A stretch of DNA of 64,000 bases from a virus (IMGVR_UViG_3300027895_000005:38139-102138), one strand, 5' to 3'. Positions 28,247 through 38,275 are shown, numbered from the stretch's first letter. Made by a program: numbers and translations. The notes: generated by a model from the letters alone, not told the origin.

Positions 28247-29092
28247 TTGAGCATCACAGAACTAGAAATCCATCCAGCCGCCGACATATTTCCGCTCGAC
28301 GCGGAGACCATCGACGAGTTGGCGGCGGACATCAAGGAGTACGGCCAGCAGGTCTACATCGAGACGCTCGACGGCAAGATCATCGACGGCCGGCGGCGCT
28401 ACCTCGCTTGCTGCAAGATCAGCTTGACGCCGAAGATTCGCGCAGTGACGGTCGCCGATCCAATCGCCCACGTTGTTTCGCTCAACCTCCACCGTAGACA
28501 CCTGACCCCGGGGCAACGAGCAATGGCCGCAGCAAAGGCAAAGGAGTTGGGGGACAAACTCCGAGAGGAAGCCAAGGAAAGGCAGACAGCGGCAGCAGCG
28601 AGCGGCGGAAGATCGTCGGGCGCGACACGGCGCGGTGAAACAAAGGTTCCGGCACAGGTGCCGGAACCTTTGGGTGGCGACACCCGGGACAAGATCGGAA
28701 CTCTCTTCGGCGTGGGTGGACGAAGTGTTGACTATGCAGCAAATGTTCTGGAGTTAGCCGAGCCGGAAATCATCCAAGCCGTCGAAGAGGGGCACATGGG
28801 CGTCCGTACCGCGGCTGCCTTGGCTACCGAATCTCCTGAGAAGCAACGGGAGGAAGCAGCCAAGCCAAGGCCGCAACGGAAGGGGAAAGCCAAGGACAAG
28901 GCCAAAGAAAACACGAACGGGGATGCGCCCGCACGCGACAAGGGCGAAGAAGAACAACCCCGAGAGATCAAGGGCGTGGGAGTGTTCCGCGCACAGGAAG
29001 CAGTGAACGCCTTGACCCGGATTCCAAAAAACGATCCCTTACGGAAGCGTGGCTTCCAGATCGTAACGGATTGGATCAAGGCCAATAAGTGA
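28247..29092 (+). CDS. ParB/Spo0J N-terminal domain protein
   Basis: HPAADIFP..ELAADIKEYGQ..IIDGRRRYLAC; NLHRRHLT. Confidence 0.85.
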   Translation: MSITELEIHPAADIFPLDAETIDELAADIKEYGQQVYIETLDGKIIDGRRRYLACCKISLTPKIRAVTVADPIAHVVSLNLHRRHLTPGQRAMAAAKAKELGDKLREEAKERQTAAAASGGRSSGATRRGETKVPAQVPEPLGGDTRDKIGTLFGVGGRSVDYAANVLELAEPEIIQAVEEGHMGVRTAAALATESPEKQREEAAKPRPQRKGKAKDKAKENTNGDAPARDKGEEEQPREIKGVGVFRAQEAVNALTRIPKNDPLRKRGFQIVTDWIKANK

Positions 29093-29102
29093 GGTTTGTG
29101 AG

Positions 29103-29918
29103 ATGGCTTTCAAGATTCAGACGACCAAGGACTACCGCCTCTTCCAGAGGCACAGCAACGAGAATCGTTGCCTGAACATGAAGAAGCACAAGAAACTGAT
29201 GGAGTCCATGAAGCTCTACGGTTTCCTGGCGTGCTTCCCGATTGTGGTCTGTGAGGACAACTCCGTACTGGTCATCAAGGACGGACAGCATCGGCACATG
29301 ATCGCCGAATCCCTCGGTCTGCCCATCCATTACGTCATCGTCAAGGAAGACTTCGACATTGCCATCGTGAACAGTGCCGCCAAGACGTGGCAACTCATCG
29401 ACTACGCGGAAAAACACGCAGCCAACGGGAAGAACGACTACCGCGAAGGGTTGGACTTCTCCCAGACACATGGACTCCCCATCGGGACCGCCTTCTCGCT
29501 CCTGGCGGGAACGACCTCGTTCGGCAACTTCCAGGCGGCATTCATCGACGGCAACTTCAAGGTCAAGGACAGGAAATGGGCTGAGTCTGTTGCCTCCCTC
29601 TACGGCCCCATGTCCGGACTCTCCCCGTCTCTGCGTAACGCCCGCTTCACCGAGGCGTGTATGGCGGTTTGCCGCACCGACGGGTTCGATCTTCGCAGGA
29701 TGCTTCGCTGCGCCGAACGGTGTCGGGAACTCCTCGTCAGCTATTCGACGAAGGATGCCTACCTCGAAATGCTGGAGAAGGTCTACAACTTCGGTCAGAA
29801 GAACCTCATTGGCCTGAAATCTCTCGCCCAGATGGCCATGAGAACCCGCAACGCCGCAGTCACGCCGCCCCAACGCAAGAAAAAGAGCGACGACTCGGCC
29901 AGTGAGGCAACAGCGTAG
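29103..29918 (+). CDS. ParB-like N-terminal domain protein
   Basis: KLMESMKLYG..PIVV..IKDGQHR. Confidence 0.75.
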   Translation: MAFKIQTTKDYRLFQRHSNENRCLNMKKHKKLMESMKLYGFLACFPIVVCEDNSVLVIKDGQHRHMIAESLGLPIHYVIVKEDFDIAIVNSAAKTWQLIDYAEKHAANGKNDYREGLDFSQTHGLPIGTAFSLLAGTTSFGNFQAAFIDGNFKVKDRKWAESVASLYGPMSGLSPSLRNARFTEACMAVCRTDGFDLRRMLRCAERCRELLVSYSTKDAYLEMLEKVYNFGQKNLIGLKSLAQMAMRTRNAAVTPPQRKKKSDDSASEATA

Positions 29919-29994
29919 TTAACGCGCTTGCGCCGCTGGACCCCACGGCAGGGACCACCCGGCGGCGTGTGACTCGCCCATCAAGGAGACCAAC

Positions 29995-30213
29995 ATGACG
30001 CGAGACGAACATCTGGCCTGGGCAAAGCGGCGGGCGCTGGAATACCTGCCGCACAACCCACGGAACGCCTTCACATCGATGATCAGCGACCTGCGCAAGC
30101 ACCCGGAACTGGTGGATCACACTGCGATCATGATGGGGGTCGGGCTGATGATGGTTCCCGGATGGATCGACAACGTCGGCGAGGTTCGACGGTTCGTCGA
30201 GGGATTCAACTGA
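29995..30213 (+). CDS. Hypothetical protein
   Basis: RBS aaggag; HLAWAKRRALEYL. Confidence 0.7.
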   Translation: MTRDEHLAWAKRRALEYLPHNPRNAFTSMISDLRKHPELVDHTAIMMGVGLMMVPGWIDNVGEVRRFVEGFN

Positions 30214-30240
30214 CACCATCGCCCCTCAAGGAGGAACCCC

Positions 30241-30399
30241 ATGCGATGGATACCGCTTACTCTGGGAATCGCCCTCGGCCTGCTGCACGTCGCCCTTGTG
30301 GTCAACGAGTACGGCTGGCTGGCTGTGGTCATGAACGTGATTCTCGGCCGCTTCGCCCCGGAGCAGTTCGACGCAAGTACTCAGGAGGATCTGGCATGA
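30241..30399 (+). CDS. Small membrane protein (52 aa)
   Basis: Manual; RBS aaggagg; hydrophobic. Confidence 0.55.
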   Translation: MRWIPLTLGIALGLLHVALVVNEYGWLAVVMNVILGRFAPEQFDASTQEDLA

Positions 30400-30764
30400 G
30401 GAAGACCCGTGGACCGTGGACCGCCGCAGAAGACCGACTGCTGGACGACCTGCACGCACAAGGACACCCGCTCAAGAAGATAGCCAGGCGTATCGGCCGC
30501 AGCATCCACAGCGTGAAGACGCGCCGCAGTCGCCGCGAGTTCGCAAGCGTCATCGACGACAGGTTGCGGTCGCTGCTGACCAGTCCACACACCATCCCCG
30601 ATGTGATGGCCACGACCGGACTGAGCAAGCGCGCCGTTGGCATCGCCAAGCAGCGCCTGCGGTTGGCCGGCGTTCCCGTGCTGCCGGCGACGTGGGCCGA
30701 CAGCAGCGGCAGGATCTATCAAGGACCGTCCAACGCCCTGGCACTCCAGGAGGCCACACCATGA
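30396..30764 (+). CDS. Myb/GcrA-like HTH protein
   Basis: WTAAEDRLLDDLHAQGHPLKKIARRIGRS. Confidence 0.75.
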   Translation: MRKTRGPWTAAEDRLLDDLHAQGHPLKKIARRIGRSIHSVKTRRSRREFASVIDDRLRSLLTSPHTIPDVMATTGLSKRAVGIAKQRLRLAGVPVLPATWADSSGRIYQGPSNALALQEATP

Positions 30765-31010
30765 CTATGCACGCACGCAACGCCCAGCGGCACGCCCGGC
30801 ACAAGGGCCGCGAACGCAGGTCCGCACGGCACAGTCGCCGCGAACGGCACGCCTACCACGTGGCGCTGCAACAGGCGGCGATGATCCTGCAGCGATGAAC
30901 GATCTTCCCCTCTCCCGGCGGATGTGGCGCTCGTTGCGCCTGTTCCCCTGTGGCTGAGATCTCCACGAGGCACCGGGGGAGGGGTTTTCTGGAGACCGCG
31001 AGGGCAAGTC

Positions 31011-31235
31011 ATGCCGTTGACGAAGGCCGCGAAAGCCAGACGCACCTGCCGCCGCAAGAGGGGCAAGGGCAACTTCTACTGGACCGCACGCGCCGCCAGG
31101 GGTGCGGCGCGGTCCATGAACAGCAGGAACGGCACAGCGGTCGAAGCGTTTCATTGTCCCCACTGCCAGATGTGGCACATCGGGACGCCTGTTTCGAGCA
31201 ACCAACCGGGGCAACCTGGACGCACCGAGGAGTAG
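31011..31235 (+). CDS. Small basic Zn-binding protein
   Basis: AFHCPHCQMWHIG. Confidence 0.6.
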   Translation: MPLTKAAKARRTCRRKRGKGNFYWTARAARGAARSMNSRNGTAVEAFHCPHCQMWHIGTPVSSNQPGQPGRTEE

Positions 31236-31269
31236 CACACGATGGACGCAACGACGAGAGACAAGTACC

Positions 31270-31503
31270 ATGAACGGCATGGCGAAGAAGAAAGCCACCC
31301 CTGCGCAGCCGGTCAACCCGTGGCCGGCGCGGTTAAAGGCACTCCGCGAGTTCTACGACGACATGTCGCAGACCGACGCGGCGGCGAAAGTGCGCGTTCC
31401 CATCGGAACGTGGCGCAACTGGGAGCAGGGCCGACGCCCACTTCCGGATCACGTCACGCTTCTACTCGAGCTTACCTTCCCCGAATTCTTCCGAATCAGC
31501 TAA
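31270..31503 (+). CDS. XRE-family HTH regulator
   Basis: LKALRE..MSQTDAAAKVRVPIGTWRNWEQGRR. Confidence 0.9.
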   Translation: MNGMAKKKATPAQPVNPWPARLKALREFYDDMSQTDAAAKVRVPIGTWRNWEQGRRPLPDHVTLLLELTFPEFFRIS

Positions 31504-31511
31504 CTACGCCA

Positions 31512-31568
31512 TTGACGTACCATTTACAGACGTGTAATATCACGTCTGTCAAGTACGCCACTGGCGTA
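31512..31568 (+). promoter_or_regulatory. Promoter/operator upstream of replication operon
   Basis: TTGACG -17- TAATAT; acagacgtg/cacgtctgt inverted repeat 31526-31549; tacgcca-c-tggcgta 31554-31568. Confidence 0.65.
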
Positions 31569-31629
31569 TAGTTCTACTAACAGGATGGGAACATATTTCC
31601 CATCCTCACCGACAACACGGAGGCGCATC

Positions 31630-32040
31630 ATGTCCGATCTGAACGACCTGGCCGACCGAACGAGCGGCATCATCGACGCCATTACCGGCGGCATCCTGAG
31701 CAGCGCCGAAGCTGCGGCCGAGCGCATCCAACTCGCCGCAGAAGTGGCGAAGATCAACACCCGTATGGAGGCATTCGGTTCCGTGCTGGAGACGATCGAG
31801 GCCCGCAAGCAGGCGCTGGAGGCGAAACTCGAAACTGCCGGACCGACGATGAAGAAACTCATCGGCAGGCAACTTGAACTTTTGACGGCGCAGGAAACGA
31901 GCCTGCTGGAGCGCGTCGGCGTGACTGCGGAACCGGAGAAGCCGCGACTGACCGCACGTCGGGCCAGCGGACAGCGACAGGAAACTCTCCCGGTGAACGG
32001 CGCGGCCGCTGCCGTTCACGGCGAAGACGTTCCCTTTTGA
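31630..32040 (+). CDS. Coiled-coil hypothetical protein
   Basis: RBS ggagg. Confidence 0.7.
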   Translation: MSDLNDLADRTSGIIDAITGGILSSAEAAAERIQLAAEVAKINTRMEAFGSVLETIEARKQALEAKLETAGPTMKKLIGRQLELLTAQETSLLERVGVTAEPEKPRLTARRASGQRQETLPVNGAAAAVHGEDVPF

Positions 32041-32063
32041 TCCTGTCCCGGCCGGAGGATTCA

Positions 32064-32273
32064 ATGGCGAGCATCTTCAAGCTTGTCGCTCGCAACTACC
32101 ACGGCCCGCGCCCGGTGTGGGATCTTCCCTGGCTCAAGATGGAGGAACCTTGTCAGCAATGCGGCGTTACGGAACTGTACCGCCGCAACATCTACCGCCG
32201 CTGCTACGCATGCGGATGGTCCAATGAAACGACCCATGTGATGTTCGACTCAAGGCAGGTATTTCCCGATTAA
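32064..32273 (+). CDS. Small Zn-ribbon protein
   Basis: CQQC...CYACG. Confidence 0.65.
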   Translation: MASIFKLVARNYHGPRPVWDLPWLKMEEPCQQCGVTELYRRNIYRRCYACGWSNETTHVMFDSRQVFPD

Positions 32274-32292
32274 CCATAGGTAAAGGTGAATT

Positions 32293-32937
32293 ATGTCTGT
32301 GTGGAAGCAGAAAGCAAGCAAGAGCGAGGACGCCGAATACGAGATTCCCCCCGCCGGGAATCACGCCGCCGTCTGTATCGCCCTCATCGACCTCGGTACT
32401 CACACCGATGAGTACCCCGGCAAGGAACCGCGCGACGTCCGCAAGATTCTCATTGCGTGGGAACTCACCGACGAGCAGAAGAAGGACGGCAAGAACTTCG
32501 TCGTCGGCAGGGACTACACCCTGTCCATGCACGAGAAGGCTGCACTTCGGATTCTCGTCAAGGGATGGCGCGGTAAAGATCTCGGCGACGGAGAGGAATT
32601 CGACATCCTCAAACTGCTCAAGCAAAAGTGCCAGGTCAACCTGACGCACAAGCAGAACGCGGCCAAGACCTCGACCTATGCCCGCGTCGAAAGCGTCTCG
32701 GCACCGATCAAGGGATTGAAGGTTCCCGACGCCACCCTCGACGCGATTGCATGGGAGATCGAAGGCGGCAGCGAGTTCCCGCTTGCCGAGTGGATTCCTC
32801 GCGTCTACGGCCAGCCCGCCCTCGACTATGTGAAGGAATCGCCCGAGTGGAAGGCGCGGAGCGGCGAGGTCGCAGGGAAAGGCGAAGGCGAGCTGGTCGG
32901 AACCGCGACGAATGCGGCCGACGAAACGCCCTTTTAG
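32293..32937 (+). CDS. Single-stranded DNA-binding-like replication protein
   Basis: IPPAGNHAAVCIALIDLGTH; acidic tail DETPF; precedes primase/helicase. Confidence 0.7.
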   Translation: MSVWKQKASKSEDAEYEIPPAGNHAAVCIALIDLGTHTDEYPGKEPRDVRKILIAWELTDEQKKDGKNFVVGRDYTLSMHEKAALRILVKGWRGKDLGDGEEFDILKLLKQKCQVNLTHKQNAAKTSTYARVESVSAPIKGLKVPDATLDAIAWEIEGGSEFPLAEWIPRVYGQPALDYVKESPEWKARSGEVAGKGEGELVGTATNAADETPF

Positions 32938-32988
32938 GACAGGGATTGTTTCGCCTACTCCGTTCTGAGCAACAAAGGTCGGTTCAGC

Positions 32989-35172
32989 ATGGCCAGCATG
33001 TGGAAAGTCAAGGTTGACCAATCAACGGAGCCCTCCCCGGCAATCGACGCCGGGGAGGTGCGCCGGGCCATGTCGCTCTTTGCCGACCATGAGCATGGAA
33101 CGGAGTTTCGCGCCATCCCTCTCGCTGACGGACCCCCGCTCTCTCGGGTTCGTCAAGCAAGGGACATCGACGCCCTCATTCGCAGCGCCCGGGCCATCGC
33201 CAAGGGCAACACGCTTTACTTCGTGCTGAACCCGGTTCGCGCCAACCTAGTCAAGGCCGCCGAGGATTCCGACGTCGTCTGTCGCATGTGGTCGTTCATC
33301 GATATCGACCCTGCCAAGGCTGACGGCGTCAAGGTCAGCGCCACCAACGAGGAGAAGGCACAAGCGAGGGCGCTCGCCGACGAGGTGGACGCATTCCTTT
33401 CCGGCGAGGGTTTCTCCGAATCCGTTCTCGTGGACAGCGGCAACGGCTGGTATCTCATCCACCGTGTGGAGATGCCAAACACAGAGGAGTCACGGTCTTT
33501 GATGCAACGTTTTCTCGTTACGCTGTCGTCGCGATACACCGGGACGCGCGGCAAGATCGACACTTCGGTCTATAACGCCAGCCGTCTGGCGAAATTGCCA
33601 GGAACGTGGGCGCGAAAGGGGCCGAATGCCACGGACCGACCGCATCGCATGGCGAGAATCGTCCGCATACCCCAGACCATCGCTCCGGTTCCCGCCGAGG
33701 CGTTTTTGCGAATCGCCGGGGAGGAACCCCCGGCAACGTCCACGCTCCGCGTCTTCGCCCCATCTTCCGGCGCCCCCTACGGGGCCAAGGCGATGGCCGG
33801 CGAAATCGGCCGCATCCTTCTGGCGCCAGAAGGAGAGCGGAACAACACCTACTTCAAGGCATGCGCCAACCTCGCTGAGCTGGTTGCCGGTGGTTCCCTT
33901 GACGAGTCGGAGATGCGCTCCCAGATGCTTCTCGCCGCTGGACGTATCGGCCTGGAGTCGCAGGAGTCAATCGCCACGCTCGAGAGCGCTATCAAGGCCG
34001 GTTCGCGCAACCCCCGCCGGCCTCCCGATCCAAATCATGTAAACGGCAAGACGCCCAGCGGCAAAACGGTCAAGGTTGACGGTCAACCACCCTGGAAGGT
34101 CACCTACGACGACAACACCCTTGCTGAGGGAACGCCTGACAAGGTACTCGACGGCATCACCCTGGAAGACGGACCGCACACCAAGCTTTTTGAGTTGCGG
34201 ACAATGGGCTCCCTTCTCGCCAAGAAGTTCCCCGAACCGACGTGGGTTATTCCCGGAATCATGAGTGAGGGGCTGAACTTGCTGGCCGGAGCCCCCAAGA
34301 TGGGCAAGTCAATGCTTGCCCTTAACCTCGCCCTAACCATTGCCGGCGGCGGCATGGCGCTTGGAAACATTCCCGTTGATCCGGCCGACGTTCTCTATCT
34401 CAGCCTTGAAGACAAACAGCGCCGCGTCCAGGCGCGGGCTATCAAGATGCTCAAGGCTATCGACCCGAAGTTTCACGACAGTATCCGCAAGCGACTAACT
34501 ATTGCCACCAACTGGCCCAGGCAGGACGACGGCGGCCTTCAACTCCTCGAGTTGTGGTGTCGGCAAGTCAAGAGTCCCGGTCTGGTCATCATCGACGTGT
34601 GGAACCGATTCTCGCCGAAGCAGGACGGACGCCGCTCCGGTTACTCGCAGGACAGCGACGACCTCGGTCAGGTCAAATCGTTCAGCGACAAGCGATCCCT
34701 CGCCAGCCTCGTCGTTCATCACACGCGCAAACCAGGCGCCGGGAAGGAGGACCAGGATTATGTTCTCGAGGTGTCCGGGACCAGCGGCATCACCGGAGCC
34801 GCTGACGGGATCATGGTCCTCCTCCGCGCCCGCCAGGAGGAGCAAGCCCATTTCCATATCGTGGGACGCGACGTCGAAGAGCGTGAACTCGTTCTCGAGT
34901 TCGATGCCGATCATCTCACCTGGAAGAACCTCGGCAGCGCCGCCGACCACCTCAAAGGGGAGGTTCAGCAGGCCATCGTCCGCTTCCTCCGCACCCGCGG
35001 CGAGATCGGCGCTTCCGCCCCAGAGATTGCCGAGGCGGTCAAGCAGAAGGCGAACAGCGTCCGGCAGGCGCTCAACCGACTCCTTGCCGACCGGGTCGTT
35101 TTCAAGCGCGGCAACCTCTGGCGGTATCCCTTCGATGAAGACGGCGGCGAGCGCGACGAGATCACCTTATAG
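32989..35172 (+). CDS. Primase-like N-terminus plus AAA_25 (RepA-like) helicase plus C-terminal HTH
   Basis: FIDID, DSGNG..H, EGERNNTYF; Walker A LAGAPKMGKS, Walker B LVIIDVW, VVHHTRK. Confidence 0.85.
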   Translation: MASMWKVKVDQSTEPSPAIDAGEVRRAMSLFADHEHGTEFRAIPLADGPPLSRVRQARDIDALIRSARAIAKGNTLYFVLNPVRANLVKAAEDSDVVCRMWSFIDIDPAKADGVKVSATNEEKAQARALADEVDAFLSGEGFSESVLVDSGNGWYLIHRVEMPNTEESRSLMQRFLVTLSSRYTGTRGKIDTSVYNASRLAKLPGTWARKGPNATDRPHRMARIVRIPQTIAPVPAEAFLRIAGEEPPATSTLRVFAPSSGAPYGAKAMAGEIGRILLAPEGERNNTYFKACANLAELVAGGSLDESEMRSQMLLAAGRIGLESQESIATLESAIKAGSRNPRRPPDPNHVNGKTPSGKTVKVDGQPPWKVTYDDNTLAEGTPDKVLDGITLEDGPHTKLFELRTMGSLLAKKFPEPTWVIPGIMSEGLNLLAGAPKMGKSMLALNLALTIAGGGMALGNIPVDPADVLYLSLEDKQRRVQARAIKMLKAIDPKFHDSIRKRLTIATNWPRQDDGGLQLLELWCRQVKSPGLVIIDVWNRFSPKQDGRRSGYSQDSDDLGQVKSFSDKRSLASLVVHHTRKPGAGKEDQDYVLEVSGTSGITGAADGIMVLLRARQEEQAHFHIVGRDVEERELVLEFDADHLTWKNLGSAADHLKGEVQQAIVRFLRTRGEIGASAPEIAEAVKQKANSVRQALNRLLADRVVFKRGNLWRYPFDEDGGERDEITL

Positions 35173-35176
35173 AGTT

Positions 35177-35407
35177 CTGTCGCGCTGTCGCGCTTTTGAT
35201 GTAACTCCTTAACAGGAAACATCGGAGGAGCGCGACAGAACAGCGATACCGTCTGTCGCGCTCTGTCGCGCTGTCGCGCTGGGCGGATACCCCTGAAAAC
35301 ACGAGCGCGACAGCGCGACAGAGCGCGACAGCGAGCGCGACAGAAACACCTGATTGGCAACATGGGCAACGGCAACGTCTTACATCAAAAGCGCGACAGC
35401 GCGACAG
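35177..35407. repeat. Iteron cluster, probable replication origin
   Basis: 12 copies of CTGTCGCG/CGCGACAG (5 forward, 7 reverse) directly after replication gene. Confidence 0.75.
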
Positions 35408-35424
35408 AAAATAGACAATACACC

Positions 35425-36441
35425 ATGATCTACTTCCTTCAAGAGACCGGCGGAAACATCGGCATCAAGATCGGATACACCGCCTCGGATGCGCCGACCG
35501 GCCGGCAGAGGGCATGCCAGACCGGCAACTCCAACGATCTGATCGTTCTGGCGACCATGCCGGGAACCGAAGCCGACGAGGACGCCCTGCATAATCGGTT
35601 TGCTTACGCGCAATTGGTTCGGGAATGGTTCCGGCCGGTCCCTGAACTGATCCAGTTCATCATCGCCCTTGCGAAGACCCGTAATTCGGCGCCGCCCGCC
35701 CTTCCTGCACCAACTCCGAAACGTCCACCCTGGCCGCTGACCATTTACCTCGCCGGTAAGATCAGTCGGCACGACTGGCGTGGAACCATTGTGGAATACA
35801 CGCCGGACGTTTCGGTCGATTGGTTTGATGAAATCGCCTGGGACTGGGATGTCCAGGAAGAAGCAATCTTCGGCTTTCACCACTACTCTGGACCGTTCTT
35901 TGTCGCTGGTCGTCATGGGCAGAGCGGGCATGGCGACGATTCCCACGGCGCCAAGGCGCAGGAAGAAGAACTGGCAAGCGAAACTCACATCGCTTCCGGC
36001 AACCCCCAGGATTGCCAATACTGCGATGGTGTGGGCTGTTGCGGCCACCACGACACGATGTCAACTTGTGGCGCCTGGTTGTTGGATGCGCAAAAAACGA
36101 TTTCGCAAGCGCCTTCGGTTGTCTCGGCTTGCAAAACGGCCATCGACCGCAGCGACCTTCTCTTTGCCTGGATCGACCAACTCGACTGCTACGGAACCAT
36201 CGCCGAAATCGGCTACGCTCACGCGATGGGCAAGATGATTTGGATCGCCGGACCCCGACGCTTCCGTGATATGTGGTTCGTCTACCAACTGGCTTCCAAG
36301 CGATGGTTCGCTGACGACTCGAAGCGAGGTTTCGATTCCGACGGGCCGAGCCACGTCTTGGAAAATTTCCTCGACAACTACGCTGCCCCTTTCTTTGGCT
36401 CTCGGCAGACGACTCAGGCCAAGGGAGGCGCTACATCATGA
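35425..36441 (+). CDS. GIY-YIG (T5orf172-like) domain fused to nucleoside 2-deoxyribosyltransferase-like domain
   Basis: IYFLQ..IKIGYT..E..LHNRF..EWF; IYLAGKI..IDRSDLLFAWID..GTIAEIGYA. Confidence 0.75.
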   Translation: MIYFLQETGGNIGIKIGYTASDAPTGRQRACQTGNSNDLIVLATMPGTEADEDALHNRFAYAQLVREWFRPVPELIQFIIALAKTRNSAPPALPAPTPKRPPWPLTIYLAGKISRHDWRGTIVEYTPDVSVDWFDEIAWDWDVQEEAIFGFHHYSGPFFVAGRHGQSGHGDDSHGAKAQEEELASETHIASGNPQDCQYCDGVGCCGHHDTMSTCGAWLLDAQKTISQAPSVVSACKTAIDRSDLLFAWIDQLDCYGTIAEIGYAHAMGKMIWIAGPRRFRDMWFVYQLASKRWFADDSKRGFDSDGPSHVLENFLDNYAAPFFGSRQTTQAKGGATS

Positions 36442-37070
36442 CCCCCGTCGTCTTCCTCGCTGACCTCATCCGGCAAGGCTTCATGCTCCGCGAAGAGGGA
36501 GGCAAATTGATCGTGGCCCCGTCGTCAAAGCTGACCCCTGAGCAGATCGCCCTCATCAAGGAGCACAAGGCCGCCATCATCGAACTGCTGGCCACGGAGG
36601 AAGAATGGGAGGAGTCCACGACAGCGATTGCCGAACGCGCCGCCCTGGACAATCCCTTTCGCGGACCCGCCCAGTCCGACGGCACTGGAACCCAGCGTGC
36701 TCCTGCGAGCGGAGGGGTTCCCCACGGTGGCGATGCCTCTGTCTTCCGTCAGAAGGTGGGAAGCGCTGGCAACCGAGATGAAGGCCTCCAGCGAGAAGTG
36801 CCGGGCGGAAGCAAGGGAGGCGCGAAAGCAGAAAAGGAAGGCCGCAAAGAAGCGGAAGCGCCAGGATCCGGACCTGACGGCGCAGGGCATGTAGAGCACG
36901 TCGGTTGGTGCCGCTGCGCTCAGGGGAACTGGACCGCCCTTTGCCGGCACCCGGACCGCTGGGAGGCATGGCGGATTTTGCTCGCCATGCGGCCCGGCAT
37001 GGACGAGACGAACATCGAACTTCTCGTGAACACGGGTGGTCATCCGGACCACCGAAAGAAACCCCGCTGA
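36438..37070 (+). CDS. Hypothetical protein (TubC-N-like N-terminus)
   Basis: EGGKLIVAPSSKLTPEQIALIKEHKAAIIELL. Confidence 0.6.
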   Translation: MTPVVFLADLIRQGFMLREEGGKLIVAPSSKLTPEQIALIKEHKAAIIELLATEEEWEESTTAIAERAALDNPFRGPAQSDGTGTQRAPASGGVPHGGDASVFRQKVGSAGNRDEGLQREVPGGSKGGAKAEKEGRKEAEAPGSGPDGAGHVEHVGWCRCAQGNWTALCRHPDRWEAWRILLAMRPGMDETNIELLVNTGGHPDHRKKPR

Positions 37071-37088
37071 ACCCCAGGAGAACCACCT

Positions 37089-37577
37089 ATGACTGTCTAC
37101 CGCACCCCCAGTCCCGATGACGACGTCGCCGATCTCCTGAAAGAGGCAAGGCAAACCTATCGTCCAGACCTGGATCAGGCGGACGTCACGATCAGCGTGT
37201 TGTTCGCCGACGAGTGTTCGCACCACGGATACGCCGCCGCTGCGGTCATCCAGATCAACAGCGTGAAGAACCGCGTGAACGGGATGGCCGACTGCACCTT
37301 GACCATCGACGAAACCTGGTGGGCCGACCACAACCGTGTGAAACAGATCGGCTTGCTCCATCACGAACTCGTCCACATCTTGATCGTTCGCGACAAGGCC
37401 GGCGGCGTGAAGACGGACGCCGCCGGACGGCCGAAACTCAAACAACGCAAACATGACTTCGTCCAGGGTGGTTTCTGGGAGGTTGCGCAGCAGCACGGAG
37501 AGAACTCCCCGGAAGCCGAAGTCTACGCGCCGATTCAGAAGAAGTTCCGTCAACTTTTGCTCTGGGAACAGAGTTGA
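37089..37577 (+). CDS. Putative phage metallopeptidase
   Basis: LLHHELVHI, HD..GF.EV..HG. Confidence 0.75.
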   Translation: MTVYRTPSPDDDVADLLKEARQTYRPDLDQADVTISVLFADECSHHGYAAAAVIQINSVKNRVNGMADCTLTIDETWWADHNRVKQIGLLHHELVHILIVRDKAGGVKTDAAGRPKLKQRKHDFVQGGFWEVAQQHGENSPEAEVYAPIQKKFRQLLLWEQS

Positions 37578-37598
37578 CCCGAACCGGAGAACACGCAC

Positions 37599-37949
37599 AT
37601 GATCCACACCACCGTCCCCGACTGCTACCGCTCGCGATTCTTCGTCCACGACGTGGAGGGTGACATCGTCCGCGCCGCCTGCGCCCGCTTCGGGGTCAAG
37701 CACCCGCCGGCATCGGTGCGGACGTTCCGGGCTTGCTACCGCTACACCCGCAAGGCATTGACCCTGTCTCACGTTTCCTTTCTGCGCTATGACGGAAGCG
37801 CCTCGCACGTCGTCCTGCCGCCCTACGCAGCAGCGGCGCTCACGACACCCGCCCAGATGGCCGAACTGCTGGCCGAGGCCGTCAGGTGGGGCAGGATCAT
37901 GGCGGGGGTGGCGCGGGAGAAGCCAGGCGTGGAGGCGAGGAAGCAATGA
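37599..37949 (+). CDS. Hypothetical protein
   Basis: Coupled ORF. Confidence 0.6.
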   Translation: MIHTTVPDCYRSRFFVHDVEGDIVRAACARFGVKHPPASVRTFRACYRYTRKALTLSHVSFLRYDGSASHVVLPPYAAAALTTPAQMAELLAEAVRWGRIMAGVAREKPGVEARKQ

Positions 37950-38275
37950 GCATTCGCAAACCGACCGAGACGGACCTTATCAAGCCGTCCTTGCAACTGC
38001 TGGCGATGCGCGGAGCGTTTGCCTGGCGGAACAACACGGGCGGAATGCCAACACCTTCCGGCGGGTTTATCCGCTTCGGAACCCCCGGATCGGGGGACAT
38101 CTTTGCGGTGTTGCCCGACGGTCGGTTCCTGACGGTTGAACTCAAGTGCGGGAAAAACAAGGTGACGCCTGCGGAAGCGGCGTTCATGGCGCAGGTGCGC
38201 GACCGGGGCGGCGTATGCATCGTGGCGTACTCGATTACCGAACTGGATGCACTGCTCAAGGAGACTATGGAATGA
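37946..38275 (+). CDS. VRR-NUC family nuclease
   Basis: PGSGDI..FLTVELK..TPAEAAF. Confidence 0.85.
   Translation: MSIRKPTETDLIKPSLQLLAMRGAFAWRNNTGGMPTPSGGFIRFGTPGSGDIFAVLPDGRFLTVELKCGKNKVTPAEAAFMAQVRDRGGVCIVAYSITELDALLKETME

Noticed and set aside
35177-35407. CRISPR array
   Set aside because: 8-bp units in both orientations with irregular spacing; the 26887 repeat has only a 7-bp gap; no cas genes
36628-36894. Frameshifted alternative C-terminus of the 36438 gene
   Set aside because: Both frames are low-complexity and no slippery site was recognised; cannot decide without homologs
36525-37946. 473-aa minus-strand ORF
   Set aside because: Opposite three coupled plus-strand genes with recognisable motifs; no domain signal
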